Source: Thermoproteota archaeon (lineage in GTDB: Archaea; Thermoproteota; Thermoprotei; Thermoproteales; Thermocladiaceae). From it: a stretch of 64,000 nucleotides of DNA. A program made the translations under genes and the position numbers. Position 1 is the first letter of the stretch. Every line of letters begins with the position of its first letter. The stretch lies in contig JAADDN010000168.1 of the NCBI GenBank assembly GCA_013153895.1, positions 17,049 to 81,048 of the forward strand. The letters are read 5' to 3'. Under the pieces are notes generated by a model that was given only the letters and a program-made list of their open reading frames with translations, did no database searches and was not told the DNA's origin. Positions 1 to 10,054 of this stretch are shown piece after piece.

Positions 1-3000
1 TTGTTCCTCAGAATAACTGCATATACCTTCTTCATTACGAAGAATCCTCTAGGAACAGAAAGTACAGTAACATTTACAGTCGTTCCAGTACGTAGACCAG
101 TGACGACAGCTATACCGCTCTTGTTCGTCTCTTTAATAATCTTCCTGGATCCATATATCACTGCTAGCTTGACATTACTTACAGGCTTCTTATCTACTGG
201 ATTCACCGTATATATTACCAGGATAGCCGTCTTGTTAACTGTTGGTGGAGGTGCATATGTAGGTATTATATATTTCAGATATATTCCATGTGTAACAACT
301 ATATTGCTCCATGAATGAGTAAAGACTTTTCCATCAACATGTGCAACAACAGTAATATTTATACGCACTCCAGCTTTCACATACGTCTCATACTTTCCTT
401 CACTGTCCGTCTTTCCACTTATTTTTCCTCCACTACTTGTCACTATCGTTACATCGGCTCCCTGGAATGGTGTACCATCCTCATACATTACCATAACAAT
501 TACAGGATACTTACTCACATGTCTACCCGTTACTGCTGGAGGTGCTCCACCTCCTCCAGTTACTCCTCCCCCACTTACTCCTCCACCTCCTCCACTGATC
601 GATATTCCTCCATTGCTTACAAGTGCTACATTTATTATAGTTGTCCTATTTGTTACATATATTGTTGATTCATATGGTGAATAACTATCATATGATACAT
701 CTATCTCATATTTATTAAACATTTTTACTATGAATACAGCTATTCCACTCGTGTTCGTCTTCTCACTCTTTATCTTTACAAATCCAGGTAATGCATATAC
801 TGTCACTGTTGCATTGGCAATATTCTTTCCACTATATGGATCATATACATGTACTATCAAGAGAGCTGGTCCATGTTTTGCAGGTGGTAATGTGACCCAT
901 GTCTTATATATGTCATTGCTTTTTACTGCGTCATATTCTGCATGTATTATCTTTGCTACTACTATAAGTATAGTATTGTTATATTTTGCTGATAATATAG
1001 GAAGATACTGCAGCATCTTAGACACAACACCTGCAATAGGTACTCTAGGACTAAGAGTAACATGGTCTCCATATGCTGTAAAGTTGACTGTAGCGTTCCC
1101 AAGATCATAGGCTATGTAGAGGCTACCATTAATGTTTGCTCCTAGATAGAAGTGGAAGAGAACACTGACGTTCTGTGTGACAGTGCTATACACGGCTACA
1201 CGTACATCATGTGGAATAGTGCTATAGGTCAATGAGCCATTTATGAAGATCCTCACAATACCTACATCTAGTGGCAATGTTCTCCATACTGTGAAACTAT
1301 ATACGCTACCTGGAACTAGGTAGCCTCCACCTAACTGAACTATGAGGCTTCTATTATAGGTTATGAAGTAGTCCAGTGTCATGTTCCTAAACTTTCTAGT
1401 ACCGTTCAGATTGAATAATGAACCATAGTGTACATATGCTTGCCATATTGTACTGTTACCAAATATCATACCTATCTTCTTTTCAAGACTCTTATTCACC
1501 CATGCTATACCACTCATAGCTGTCTTACCAATCTTCCAGTAATACTCAATGAAATATGCAGGAGATGGAATAGCAAAGATACCAATCTTCTCGACCCTGA
1601 ATACTGTGTTCTTTGGAGCCTTCTTCGGAGGATAATACACTAACTCGCATCTGTATCCTGCCTTGCTCATGTTTCCATAACTTACAGGTGTGCAATTTCT
1701 AATAAACAGGAACGTGGTTATCACCTTACCGTTAATAATAAAGTGTTGTAACCCAGTAACAATAAACCTTCTTAAAGGAACACTGAAATATATTGTACAT
1801 TCCGCATAATGTTTCTCAGGCACACATGTCACATTACTGATCAAGTTACCGTACTTAACCTTCAACATATTCTCAACTATCTGTGCAATAACTTTCGGAT
1901 CCTTAATCACATTATATTTAATGTATATTGCTGCAATGTGTGTAATAGCTCTGAATCCATCATAGAAATATGTTGGATTTGTATGAAACACATTATGAAG
2001 ACCCGCATATATTAACTGCCCTAGAGCACCGAAGAACCCCTGCGTATATGTAGTGAAGACAAATACTAGAGTGCCCGTTCCAAGTATCTCATCTGGATAT
2101 AGTGGTCCACTATCAGTCTCTATTACATAGGACCCATTTACTAGACGTATCGCTAAACTGCCAGCAAACCTGTAATAGCCTGGTGTGTTACTGCTAGTTA
2201 TTACATGTGTAGTAATTATATCATAGAGAAGCTTCTTCACATCATCTGCCGATACTCCACGTATCCTTACTGCTAGGTTATTCTGTATCTTAGATATTAT
2301 ATCGTTTAAATGATCACCAAAAACCATATATATACCACAATGTGTTCCGCTTGGTGAATATGCACCCCAACATGCATCTACTAACACATATGGTATTGTT
2401 ACGACACCATAGAACACTGTTCTTCCAAAGATCCACTCTGGGTGATATATCGCGTTTCCAACAACGTCTCCTAGAATTATTGCGAGAGTAGCTATACCTC
2501 CTGCCTGTGCGAGCCTACTTCCAAGTATCTCCTGTGCTATCTGTCTCAGTGTTATACCTGGAAAGAGCGCCGATATTGAGAATGTGACTCCAATCTTCTT
2601 ATGTTCTTTCTCAAATTTCTTGAGTATCTTGTCAATGTACTCTCCTTCTGCTGCTTTCATCCAGTACTTCCATATTCCTAATGCTCTGCTTCTAACATTG
2701 TCTAGATATGCTCTATTACTCATCAATCTATCCCACATTTTTATACAGTCCTTCTTTGTCATGTTCTCTCCAAGACATATCTTAACTATATCAACAGCAT
2801 CGTGATTAAGAACAGACATAACAACAGCCTTCCATAATGGAGCTAATCCACGTGGGAATCCTATAGGTAACGCAGTAAGGTACCGCCATGATGATCTTGG
2901 AACAGGAAATACACCACCAATAGTAACAACAGGATCGCCCTTACCTGGAGATACTGCAGGCTCAACAAGCTTGAGCTTATCTGGATGATCAATCATATTT

Positions 3001-4763
3001 ATTAGATCATTAACCATTTCAGTACTTAACAGAGCATTAATAGATATCTCATTTCTAGACTTGACAATTCTCCACTTTATTCCTGTGATTAATGCCCCAG
3101 GGGGAGCCCAAGCACCTGTTAAAGCGTGTGTTAAAGATGATTCAAGAAGAAATGATACAATATGAAACTCAAGTGCTGCAGCTCCATTAGAGAATGCTAC
3201 TCCGCTAACAACTGCAGGTGGGAACACTATGTCTACTGTTGGTGCCCCTGGAAGTACAAACCTTACATGGCTATTAATCTCTATTGACGGGAAGGAATAT
3301 GTCAGCCACATCCACTTTACAGAGATGTCTTTTACTCCTGTCTCAGCAAAATAATCATTAAACAAGATATCTACCGAGCCAACACGTACTCCTCTAAGGT
3401 ACTGACCATAATCCACCGTCTCTACATGCGCACTAACATCTTTATGTAGCCCCCATCCCCATGTTGTCGCTCCATACGCAAAAAGATGCACGTACCCAAA
3501 AGTCCTATAGACCACTCCTCTAGCTTCTGTAACCTTTATCTTAAATCCAGTAATAGCAAGACTATAGTTCCTACCCTCAAAACCAGATAACCTATTCACC
3601 AACGCGGTCAAGTTACCATTAAACGGAATCTCTAGATCACCCCAAACAAACAACGTAGGGCGGGTAATATTAGTCTCAACAGCTAGGTACACTCCTGTAG
3701 TAGTTGAAATAATTATATCACGAATACCTATACTCGAGATCCATATAGGTATGCCACTCACTTTAAAGTAAGATATCTGATAAACATTTCCATTACTAAT
3801 AGTATAAACATGAACAATACCTTCTCCATCCCCCGCTATTATATATGTATTATTTCCTTCTTTAACAGTTCTTACAACATAGAAACTTCCAGGTTCTCTA
3901 AATACTACTCCGAATGTTGGTGTAAGCACATATAGACCATTCATAGAAGCAACAACAATATATCTATTGTCTATAGTTTTAATATCCTGTATAAATCCTC
4001 CTAGATATGTTTTATCTACTATATCTAAAGATGGAGATACTTTAAGCAACCATCCATCATATGAACCAGCTAGTAAGTACCCACCTATGCTAGAAAATGC
4101 ATAAAACTGTGAAGAGAATGGAACAAGCTTAATCATTTTTCCATTAGATGCATCATATACTATAAATCCTTTAGCGGTCTCTAAAGTAGATACTAGGTAT
4201 CCATTCCAATAATAGACTGTATAACCTTCTGAATTGAATGGCAATGTTTTATTCCAGATTAATCTTGTTCCACATATCTTTCCTACTACATGCCCACATG
4301 TTGTTCCAAAGTACACACACCTTCCATCCGTAGTTAACCAGACCCCTTCTAGATCACCTATAAGTACATCTGCCTCTACAGATAATGACGGCAAAGATAT
4401 AGCAAATACATGTCCTTCTCCTGATCCTCCTCTATGAACTGTTGCATATAGTGTATTTCCAAGAAGGAGAAGTTGCCTAGCACGTATCATTGGGGCTTCA
4501 GCTCTAAATGCGAATCCTGGAGCGTTAAGTGTTATACATTTAACTTTTTTTAATGAAGAAATATCTACCATACATATACTTAATGGATATGCATTATATA
4601 TTATATAATTTCCATATACTACATTTGTTGTACTCGGCTTGTCTGATAAAGTATATACAACGTAGTAGAAAAATAATGTATTATTGCTTGCCGTTACTGC
4701 ATGCACCTTACATGCAAGTATTAACAGTATAAGAACAGTTATTACTAGAAGAAGCTTCCTCAT
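1..4763 (-). CDS. Very large secreted surface protein, C-terminus beyond the window (>=1587 aa here): signal peptide, possible beta-propeller region, Gly-rich linker, three prealbumin/CarboxypepD_reg-like repeats
   Basis: Absent from the ORF track because it has no stop inside the window. Manual reverse-strand translation from the ATG at 4763-4761 gives MRKLLLVITVLILLILACKVHAVTASNN... and stays open to position 1, with 2 nt left over. Linker GGISISGGGGGVSGGGVTGGGGAPP. Repeats such as PVIVMVMYEDGTPFQGADVTIVTSSGGKISGKTDSEGKYETYV. Confidence 0.8.
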   Translation of the reverse strand, partial: MRKLLLVITVLILLILACKVHAVTASNNTLFFYYVVYTLSDKPSTTNVVYGNYIIYNAYPLSICMVDISSLKKVKCITLNAPGFAFRAEAPMIRARQLLLLGNTLYATVHRGGSGEGHVFAISLPSLSVEADVLIGDLEGVWLTTDGRCVYFGTTCGHVVGKICGTRLIWNKTLPFNSEGYTVYYWNGYLVSTLETAKGFIVYDASNGKMIKLVPFSSQFYAFSSIGGYLLAGSYDGWLLKVSPSLDIVDKTYLGGFIQDIKTIDNRYIVVASMNGLYVLTPTFGVVFREPGSFYVVRTVKEGNNTYIIAGDGEGIVHVYTISNGNVYQISYFKVSGIPIWISSIGIRDIIISTTTGVYLAVETNITRPTLFVWGDLEIPFNGNLTALVNRLSGFEGRNYSLAITGFKIKVTEARGVVYRTFGYVHLFAYGATTWGWGLHKDVSAHVETVDYGQYLRGVRVGSVDILFNDYFAETGVKDISVKWMWLTYSFPSIEINSHVRFVLPGAPTVDIVFPPAVVSGVAFSNGAAALEFHIVSFLLESSLTHALTGAWAPPGALITGIKWRIVKSRNEISINALLSTEMVNDLINMIDHPDKLKLVEPAVSPGKGDPVVTIGGVFPVPRSSWRYLTALPIGFPRGLAPLWKAVVMSVLNHDAVDIVKICLGENMTKKDCIKMWDRLMSNRAYLDNVRSRALGIWKYWMKAAEGEYIDKILKKFEKEHKKIGVTFSISALFPGITLRQIAQEILGSRLAQAGGIATLAIILGDVVGNAIYHPEWIFGRTVFYGVVTIPYVLVDACWGAYSPSGTHCGIYMVFGDHLNDIISKIQNNLAVRIRGVSADDVKKLLYDIITTHVITSSNTPGYYRFAGSLAIRLVNGSYVIETDSGPLYPDEILGTGTLVFVFTTYTQGFFGALGQLIYAGLHNVFHTNPTYFYDGFRAITHIAAIYIKYNVIKDPKVIAQIVENMLKVKYGNLISNVTCVPEKHYAECTIYFSVPLRRFIVTGLQHFIINGKVITTFLFIRNCTPVSYGNMSKAGYRCELVYYPPKKAPKNTVFRVEKIGIFAIPSPAYFIEYYWKIGKTAMSGIAWVNKSLEKKIGMIFGNSTIWQAYVHYGSLFNLNGTRKFRNMTLDYFITYNRSLIVQLGGGYLVPGSVYSFTVWRTLPLDVGIVRIFINGSLTYSTIPHDVRVAVYSTVTQNVSVLFHFYLGANINGSLYIAYDLGNATVNFTAYGDHVTLSPRVPIAGVVSKMLQYLPILSAKYNNTILIVVAKIIHAEYDAVKSNDIYKTWVTLPPAKHGPALLIVHVYDPYSGKNIANATVTVYALPGFVKIKSEKTNTSGIAVFIVKMFNKYEIDVSYDSYSPYESTIYVTNRTTIINVALVSNGGISISGGGGGVSGGGVTGGGGAPPAVTGRHVSKYPVIVMVMYEDGTPFQGADVTIVTSSGGKISGKTDSEGKYETYVKAGVRINITVVAHVDGKVFTHSWSNIVVTHGIYLKYIIPTYAPPPTVNKTAILVIYTVNPVDKKPVSNVKLAVIYGSRKIIKETNKSGIAVVTGLRTGTTVNVTVLSVPRGFFVMKKVYAVILRN

Positions 4764-4802
4764 GTTTTTAAGTTGGGTTTTTGGGTTTTAATTTCTTATG
4801 TT

Positions 4803-7448
4803 TTATGTTTGTTTGAACATTTTTCTTCTTTTTTGTGTTATTATGCTTGTTTTATGTGCTAGGAGTATCAGTATTATGGCTATTATTGTTAGTGTGGCTA
4901 TTCCTGTTATTATGATTATTGGTGTTTTTTTCTGTGATATATTTATCTTTATTTTCATGTTACTGTTCTCAAATATTGTGCTGTTTCCTGCTGTTTCAAG
5001 TATTATTGTTCTGTTACATGATGGCATGGTTAGCATGAAGTTTCCATGTTTGTCTGTTCTTGTTGTGTTAATTATCTGTCTATTATTGCAGTATTCTACT
5101 GCTCTTATCTCTATGTTGGGTATTGGTGTAGCATTGTAGTCTACTACTGTTCCATTTATTACTACTTTTCCATTTACTGTTCTTGTTTTAACATTTTTAA
5201 ATATTAATGATACCTTATATATGGCTATTATAGTCATATTGTTTGGTTTCATTATTACTATACTTGTCTTATTTGCTAGTGGTAGCCCCAGCTTAAGTAC
5301 TCCTGCATGTACTGTCTTCTGTAGTGTTATGTTTGTTCCTGGGCACTTCCATATATGTAATATCTTTATTATTCTTCCTAATGCATCGCGTATTATTATT
5401 GTTAGGTTGTAGAGGTCCTCTATTATTGTTCTGTTGCTTCTGCAGTATACTTCTGCTATTGTCTTATTTTTTAATAGTAGTTTACATTTTCCTTCTATTA
5501 TACCTATTTTTGGTGGTAATGTACCATTTATGATTAGAGTGTAATTCGTAGAGTTTGCTAGTACTAGTGTCTTGGCGTATGGATAGATCTTTACTAGTGG
5601 TATCAGGGTAATGTTTATTGTAGCATTTGCAAGTATTGTTCTCTCTCCCTTATACGTTACTATTCTATGGATGTTGCATCTTGGTATTACTGTCACATTC
5701 ATATGAAAAGCATCTATTCTTGCTTTAGCTATACATATAGGTACGTGTATGAAATGTATCTTTATTGTCCAGTTTCCAGCTGTGAGGTTTGCTAGTCTAA
5801 TTATCTTCAGACACTTCAGTTTAATTGCCCTTCCACAGCATTCTGCATATATAGTTCCATGACATATTGGTGTTATAATGGTCATATTTGGTATAACGGT
5901 TTTTAGTCCTGTAGCTAGGTAGCCGAGAACTACGTTTCTTAGGTCTCTGTAATATACTGTTAGTATTGTTGGTCTTCTCACTATGAAGCATATCTCTGGT
6001 CTGTGAATGATGAGTGTCCTGTTTGTAACTACTTTCCATGTCTTGTTAATGTATTCTGCTATTACTATTCTTGGGTTAAATAGTCTGAACCATCTGTTTA
6101 TTAGACAGATATGACTCATGTTTGCTACTGTGTAGGTAGTGTTGAATCTTACTTCTCTACCGTCTATATATATTATTGTGTTGTTATATATATTATATAT
6201 CTTTCCTGCTATGTTTGGTACACCCATTAGATCTTTAATGTAGCATTCTATTGTTCCTTCTACAGGTTCCCAACATTTCTTCTCTCCTTTCGCCATTCTT
6301 ATTGTTGTGTTAATGTTCTCTGGATACCATATATGTCCATATGTTCTTATCCATGTAGTATTTATTCCAAACATCATTCCACAATATATCCATCTTGATC
6401 CATCATAGATATCGCATGGCACGTTCATTGTCATGTTTTTCATAAATGTAAACCACACTCCATTTATTGATAAACTGCCTCTTGACCATGTTGTCGCGTT
6501 TATTATGACCCAGATATAGCTAGTGAATACAGGTGAGTTAATTCTGGCTCTGTTGCCACAGTACTCTTTTATGGTTCTGTTGCTCAGCATAACTTTTACA
6601 CATATTTGATATTTGATGGATCCTCCTACTGTAATGTTAGCAGTATAGTTTATTAGTCTCATTATATATGATGGAAGGTATAGTAAATATTCTAGTATTC
6701 CCTCATTTAAATATCCTGACTCGTTATATGTGTCTATTAGTGCTACATAATCAATATTAACATAGTATGGATATTTAACATTGGTATAATTGTAACATAT
6801 CATCGTCATATTTATCTTACCAGTATAGTTAAGTGCTGGTACATGTATCCAATAGATCTCCCTTGTATTTGTCAGATTAATTGTTCGTAGGAAAGTCTTC
6901 TCTGGATATGTCATAGATAGGTTACATGCATATCCTATACTGCTTCCACCTACCGCTATTATTAGCCATGTCTTTTCTGTCTTTGATAGATATGGCTGTC
7001 TTACTTTGAAGACTAGTAATATTGTCTTGTTTGGACTATCTATCATATATTTGATATATTTTCCATCTAGCTTCCATATTAGACTGGTATTGAATATTCC
7101 TGTACTACTAATGTTTGTAATAGTTATTGATGGTATATATGTTATGTTTACTTTCCTTGAATAGAGCTCTATCTCATATATTCCCTGTTCTGGTGAATAT
7201 ATTGGCGCTATATTTGGCATCCCAGTCCTATAACTAATTTTTGTGTTCATTGGTGGAATAAAAAGAACATTATATATGAAGGTCAGATTGTATCTGAACC
7301 CGTTAGGTATGTTCCATGTCACAACTATTGGCGTCGCTATGTTAGATGGTAGTGGCTGTATTACTCTTATCTGTGCATTAACCATGCATGCTATAGCTAT
7401 TGCCAGCGCTAGCACTAGTATTAGACCTATCTTACCTATCTTATCCAT
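4803..7448 (-). CDS. Type I membrane glycoprotein (881 aa), surface or envelope protein
   Basis: Signal peptide MDKIGKIGLILVLALAIAIACMVNAQ. C-terminal TM helix IIIITGIATLTIIAIILILLA followed by a basic tail ending QKRRKMFKQT. Very many N-x-S/T sequons. CarboxypepD_reg-like segment VVINGTVVDYNATPIPNIEIRAVEY...TDKHGNF. Confidence 0.85.
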   Translation of the reverse strand: MDKIGKIGLILVLALAIAIACMVNAQIRVIQPLPSNIATPIVVTWNIPNGFRYNLTFIYNVLFIPPMNTKISYRTGMPNIAPIYSPEQGIYEIELYSRKVNITYIPSITITNISSTGIFNTSLIWKLDGKYIKYMIDSPNKTILLVFKVRQPYLSKTEKTWLIIAVGGSSIGYACNLSMTYPEKTFLRTINLTNTREIYWIHVPALNYTGKINMTMICYNYTNVKYPYYVNIDYVALIDTYNESGYLNEGILEYLLYLPSYIMRLINYTANITVGGSIKYQICVKVMLSNRTIKEYCGNRARINSPVFTSYIWVIINATTWSRGSLSINGVWFTFMKNMTMNVPCDIYDGSRWIYCGMMFGINTTWIRTYGHIWYPENINTTIRMAKGEKKCWEPVEGTIECYIKDLMGVPNIAGKIYNIYNNTIIYIDGREVRFNTTYTVANMSHICLINRWFRLFNPRIVIAEYINKTWKVVTNRTLIIHRPEICFIVRRPTILTVYYRDLRNVVLGYLATGLKTVIPNMTIITPICHGTIYAECCGRAIKLKCLKIIRLANLTAGNWTIKIHFIHVPICIAKARIDAFHMNVTVIPRCNIHRIVTYKGERTILANATINITLIPLVKIYPYAKTLVLANSTNYTLIINGTLPPKIGIIEGKCKLLLKNKTIAEVYCRSNRTIIEDLYNLTIIIRDALGRIIKILHIWKCPGTNITLQKTVHAGVLKLGLPLANKTSIVIMKPNNMTIIAIYKVSLIFKNVKTRTVNGKVVINGTVVDYNATPIPNIEIRAVEYCNNRQIINTTRTDKHGNFMLTMPSCNRTIILETAGNSTIFENSNMKIKINISQKKTPIIIITGIATLTIIAIILILLAHKTSIITQKRRKMFKQT

Positions 7449-7498
7449 AGAGTAATAATTCTTTAAGAGTCAAAAAGCATTTCCACTATATAGATACG

Positions 7499-7927
7499 TT
7501 ATAACCTATCTCCAATATATATTACTAGTCTATCTTTTCCATATCCTACCATTATACACTTGTCTTCTAATACACCTATCTCCGTTCTATCTATTCTATA
7601 TGTCTGTGATATCTTGAACATACATGCTGCTTTTAATGGTATTTTAAGTTCTCCCTTCCATATATGTCCATTATTGTCTTTTCCTTCTATCTTATCCTCA
7701 TCTATATATACTTCTCTCAGTGCTGTAAGATTCAGATCAGCTAGCGTAGATGACTCTGCTACTGTTGAAAGCTCCTCTCCTTTCCTGTTGAAGAGAAGTT
7801 CCATACATGTTGGAAGATGTGAGATCTCAAGGTTCCTAACTTCTCTCCCTGTTGCTCTTACTAGTGTTATCAGATTATGCTCTCTCCTACCTATCCTATA
7901 GACCTCGTTATTATAGGTGCAATACAT
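7499..7927 (-). CDS. Hypothetical protein, last gene of the left cassette (P6)
   Basis: ATG start. Lies 2 nt downstream of the stop of 7930-8643, on the same strand as the rest of the cassette. Confidence 0.7.
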   Translation of the reverse strand: MYCTYNNEVYRIGRREHNLITLVRATGREVRNLEISHLPTCMELLFNRKGEELSTVAESSTLADLNLTALREVYIDEDKIEGKDNNGHIWKGELKIPLKAACMFKISQTYRIDRTEIGVLEDKCIMVGYGKDRLVIYIGDRL

Positions 7928-7929
7928 GG

Positions 7930-8643
7930 TTAACTATGTGTTATAATGGCTTTAACATTGTTCTCTCCTTCAAGTATTAGGATTGGATGCTCATGTTCCC
8001 ATGGTAGGAAGAACATGTATACTCTTGCTGGCTTGATCTTCTCGAATGCTCTCCTGATCTCCTCGGTACTATATCTTCCTCTTCCTTTCCAGTTTCCTCT
8101 AAGCTCTAGCTCTGTGCTTAGATTTACATATTCTCCCTCTGCTATGATTCTCCTCTTCTCACCATCTATCTCTATGCTAGATGGTTCAAGTTCTAGAGCT
8201 GTTCTAAGCTTATCCATGTTCTCCGTCTCTATGTAGAGTCCATATTCTGGATCAAGCTTGATAAGCGATATACAGCAGCAGGCTCTGCAGTCTGCATAGT
8301 TTTCTGCTCTTATCTCTATGCTGTTCTTCTTTCTCTCTGCTTTCAATTCTATTCCTGTACTGCATCTAGATGATCCATACTCTTCTATGTAGCTCGCAGG
8401 TACGCAGCATACTGCTCCTCTGCCTATAATATATCCATGTGTTCTGTCTGGGCTGATACAGACTATGGTATTATTATTACAGTAGTATCTGACCATGTTT
8501 TTACAATATTTCTCAGCTATGTCTAGTATCTCTCTGCTAGGCTTCTCAACATATGTCTCAGCTATCGGTATCTTCTCCTCTGAGCTTCCACTTCTTAGAG
8601 CCGTGTCTACAAGTCTTTCTATTTTCTCTTCTATACTACTCAT
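7930..8643 (-). CDS. Hypothetical Cys-rich protein (P5)
   Basis: ATG start overlaps the upstream gene. The N-terminus MSSIEEKIERLVDTAL resembles the partial ORF at 63957 (MNSEKIRKTVEEAFE). Confidence 0.8.
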   Translation of the reverse strand: MSSIEEKIERLVDTALRSGSSEEKIPIAETYVEKPSREILDIAEKYCKNMVRYYCNNNTIVCISPDRTHGYIIGRGAVCCVPASYIEEYGSSRCSTGIELKAERKKNSIEIRAENYADCRACCCISLIKLDPEYGLYIETENMDKLRTALELEPSSIEIDGEKRRIIAEGEYVNLSTELELRGNWKGRGRYSTEEIRRAFEKIKPARVYMFFLPWEHEHPILILEGENNVKAIITHS

Positions 8644-9085
8644 GGTTTATCACCATACACATATAATCATAATATGTTTCCCTTTTCCTGTTCATCATAT
8701 ATGTAGCATAGTCTATCCTGCAGTTAATATCCATGTTACCATAATCATACCTCTTTCCCCTCCATAGAATAGTCATTCTCGGGTTCCCAATAACTTTCAT
8801 GCTCATGTTCATCATGTTCTCTAGATCTGTTATAGGTACAACACCATTATCTATGAAACATCTTGCCTCTATTGTGAAGTCCAGCTCTCTCCTGCCTGTC
8901 CTAAATATCTTGGAGAGAATGTTCTCTATCTCTTCGATGTTCTCTGCTGTCTCTATCATATCTTCTTCTCCAGATAATATCGATATTGTATAACTCTGCC
9001 TACCATTCAACATGTTACACATGTTTGAAAACTTTCTCAGAAGCTCACTGACCTCCCTATACTTTGGATGTAATCTATCGGTCAT
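8636..9085 (-). CDS. Hypothetical protein (P4), paralog of 63537-63953
   Basis: ATGA stop/start overlap with the upstream gene. Shared KRYDYG motif and matching length with 63537-63953. Confidence 0.8.
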   Translation of the reverse strand: MTDRLHPKYREVSELLRKFSNMCNMLNGRQSYTISILSGEEDMIETAENIEEIENILSKIFRTGRRELDFTIEARCFIDNGVVPITDLENMMNMSMKVIGNPRMTILWRGKRYDYGNMDINCRIDYATYMMNRKRETYYDYMCMVINHE

Positions 9086-9423
9086 GACTCTCCCTCGACT
9101 ATTTTTCCTGGAACTATTACTAGTCTATACTTATCTGTATCATCTATAATGAATATATATCTAATAAAGTTGCAATGTTCTTCTAATGGTAGCCTATTAC
9201 TATAATATACTATTACTGGCTTCTCCTCTCCTTTCATATAGATTTCTAATGGTATTCTATCAATTTTTAAACTGTTTTTAGATATGTAAGCTCCATCTAG
9301 GTTCTTCCTGTTTTTAAAATTGTTAGATACTATACATGTATTTCCCTGTCTCTCTCCTCCTAATAATGTACATAGTTGTTCTATGTCCAGTCTGTCTCCA
9401 TCTATCCTCTCTCGAGCTATCAT
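9082..9423 (-). CDS. Hypothetical protein (P3), paralog of 63226-63540
   Basis: ATGA overlaps on both sides. IEQLCTLLGGERQGNTCIVSNNF compares with LEELCNMFGGEYRDGMCIIKNF. Confidence 0.8.
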   Translation of the reverse strand: MIARERIDGDRLDIEQLCTLLGGERQGNTCIVSNNFKNRKNLDGAYISKNSLKIDRIPLEIYMKGEEKPVIVYYSNRLPLEEHCNFIRYIFIIDDTDKYRLVIVPGKIVEGES

Positions 9424-9755
9424 ATGATTATGATTCTGCTCTTCTCCTTATATACTGCTACCCTCCTAGCCAGTCCCCTAGCTCTATATGCTACTGTTCC
9501 TGCCTCTCCTCTTCCAAGTATGCCCATCTCTATGGTCTCTACATCTCTTAGATGTGCCTCCTCTACCTCTCCATGTACATGTTCCTCTCCTATTCTTCTA
9601 AGCTCTATCCTGTTAAGTATTGTTCTATTAGGCTTATAGTAGAGGTCTAATACTGTCTCTATATCATTGTTGAAATATGCTATACAGTAACTACCTGTCT
9701 CTACATATTTTCCACCATATTTATCTACTAGTCTTCTAAGCTGTTCACAGTTCAT
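9420..9755 (-). CDS. Hypothetical protein (P2), paralog of 62897-63229
   Basis: ATGA overlaps. MNCEQLRRLVDKYGGKYVETGSYCIAYF compares with MNCNVLRTLAEKLSGKFFENESACVVYF. Confidence 0.8.
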   Translation of the reverse strand: MNCEQLRRLVDKYGGKYVETGSYCIAYFNNDIETVLDLYYKPNRTILNRIELRRIGEEHVHGEVEEAHLRDVETIEMGILGRGEAGTVAYRARGLARRVAVYKEKSRIIII

Positions 9756-10054
9756 ATCTCCTCACATACTAGCTCCAGTATGAGTCTACCGTTTCTACTT
9801 GTTTTAACTATTCTACACTTCATATCTGCCCTGACATCGCAGAGCTTAGGCAGTAGATATGTTCTGAATAGTGCTTCACATATATGTGCTACTCCTCTAG
9901 GCATTGTACATGTTTCTCCCTGTTCTAGACATCCTCTACATATCAGCTCTCCATCTATTATATCAACTTCCCTACACTTCTCTCTCAACATTCTAACAAT
10001 ATCCTCTCGATACCTCTCCTCGCTAAGTCTAGCTATCTTCTCGAAAATACTCAT
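9752..10054 (-). CDS. Hypothetical Cys-rich protein (P1)
   Basis: ATGA overlaps with both neighbours. It holds the same position in the cassette as 62544-62900. Confidence 0.75.
   Translation of the reverse strand: MSIFEKIARLSEERYREDIVRMLREKCREVDIIDGELICRGCLEQGETCTMPRGVAHICEALFRTYLLPKLCDVRADMKCRIVKTSRNGRLILELVCEEI

Noticed and set aside
1-4437. Eight + strand ORFs of 67-126 aa in the supplied track (1-318, 315-668, 730-1110, 1428-1643, 1809-2015, 2584-2805, 4234-4437 and others)
   Set aside because: They lie antisense to a continuous >1587-codon reverse-strand ORF with a signal peptide and domain repeats. Their low-complexity S/T/L/F/Y-rich translations look like antisense artefacts.
7930-8643. 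Possible PCNA-like sliding clamp, from the C-terminal pattern ...PILILEGENNVKAIITHS
   Set aside because: The resemblance is limited to a few residues, with no supporting motif elsewhere. It is not claimable without profile or structure searches.
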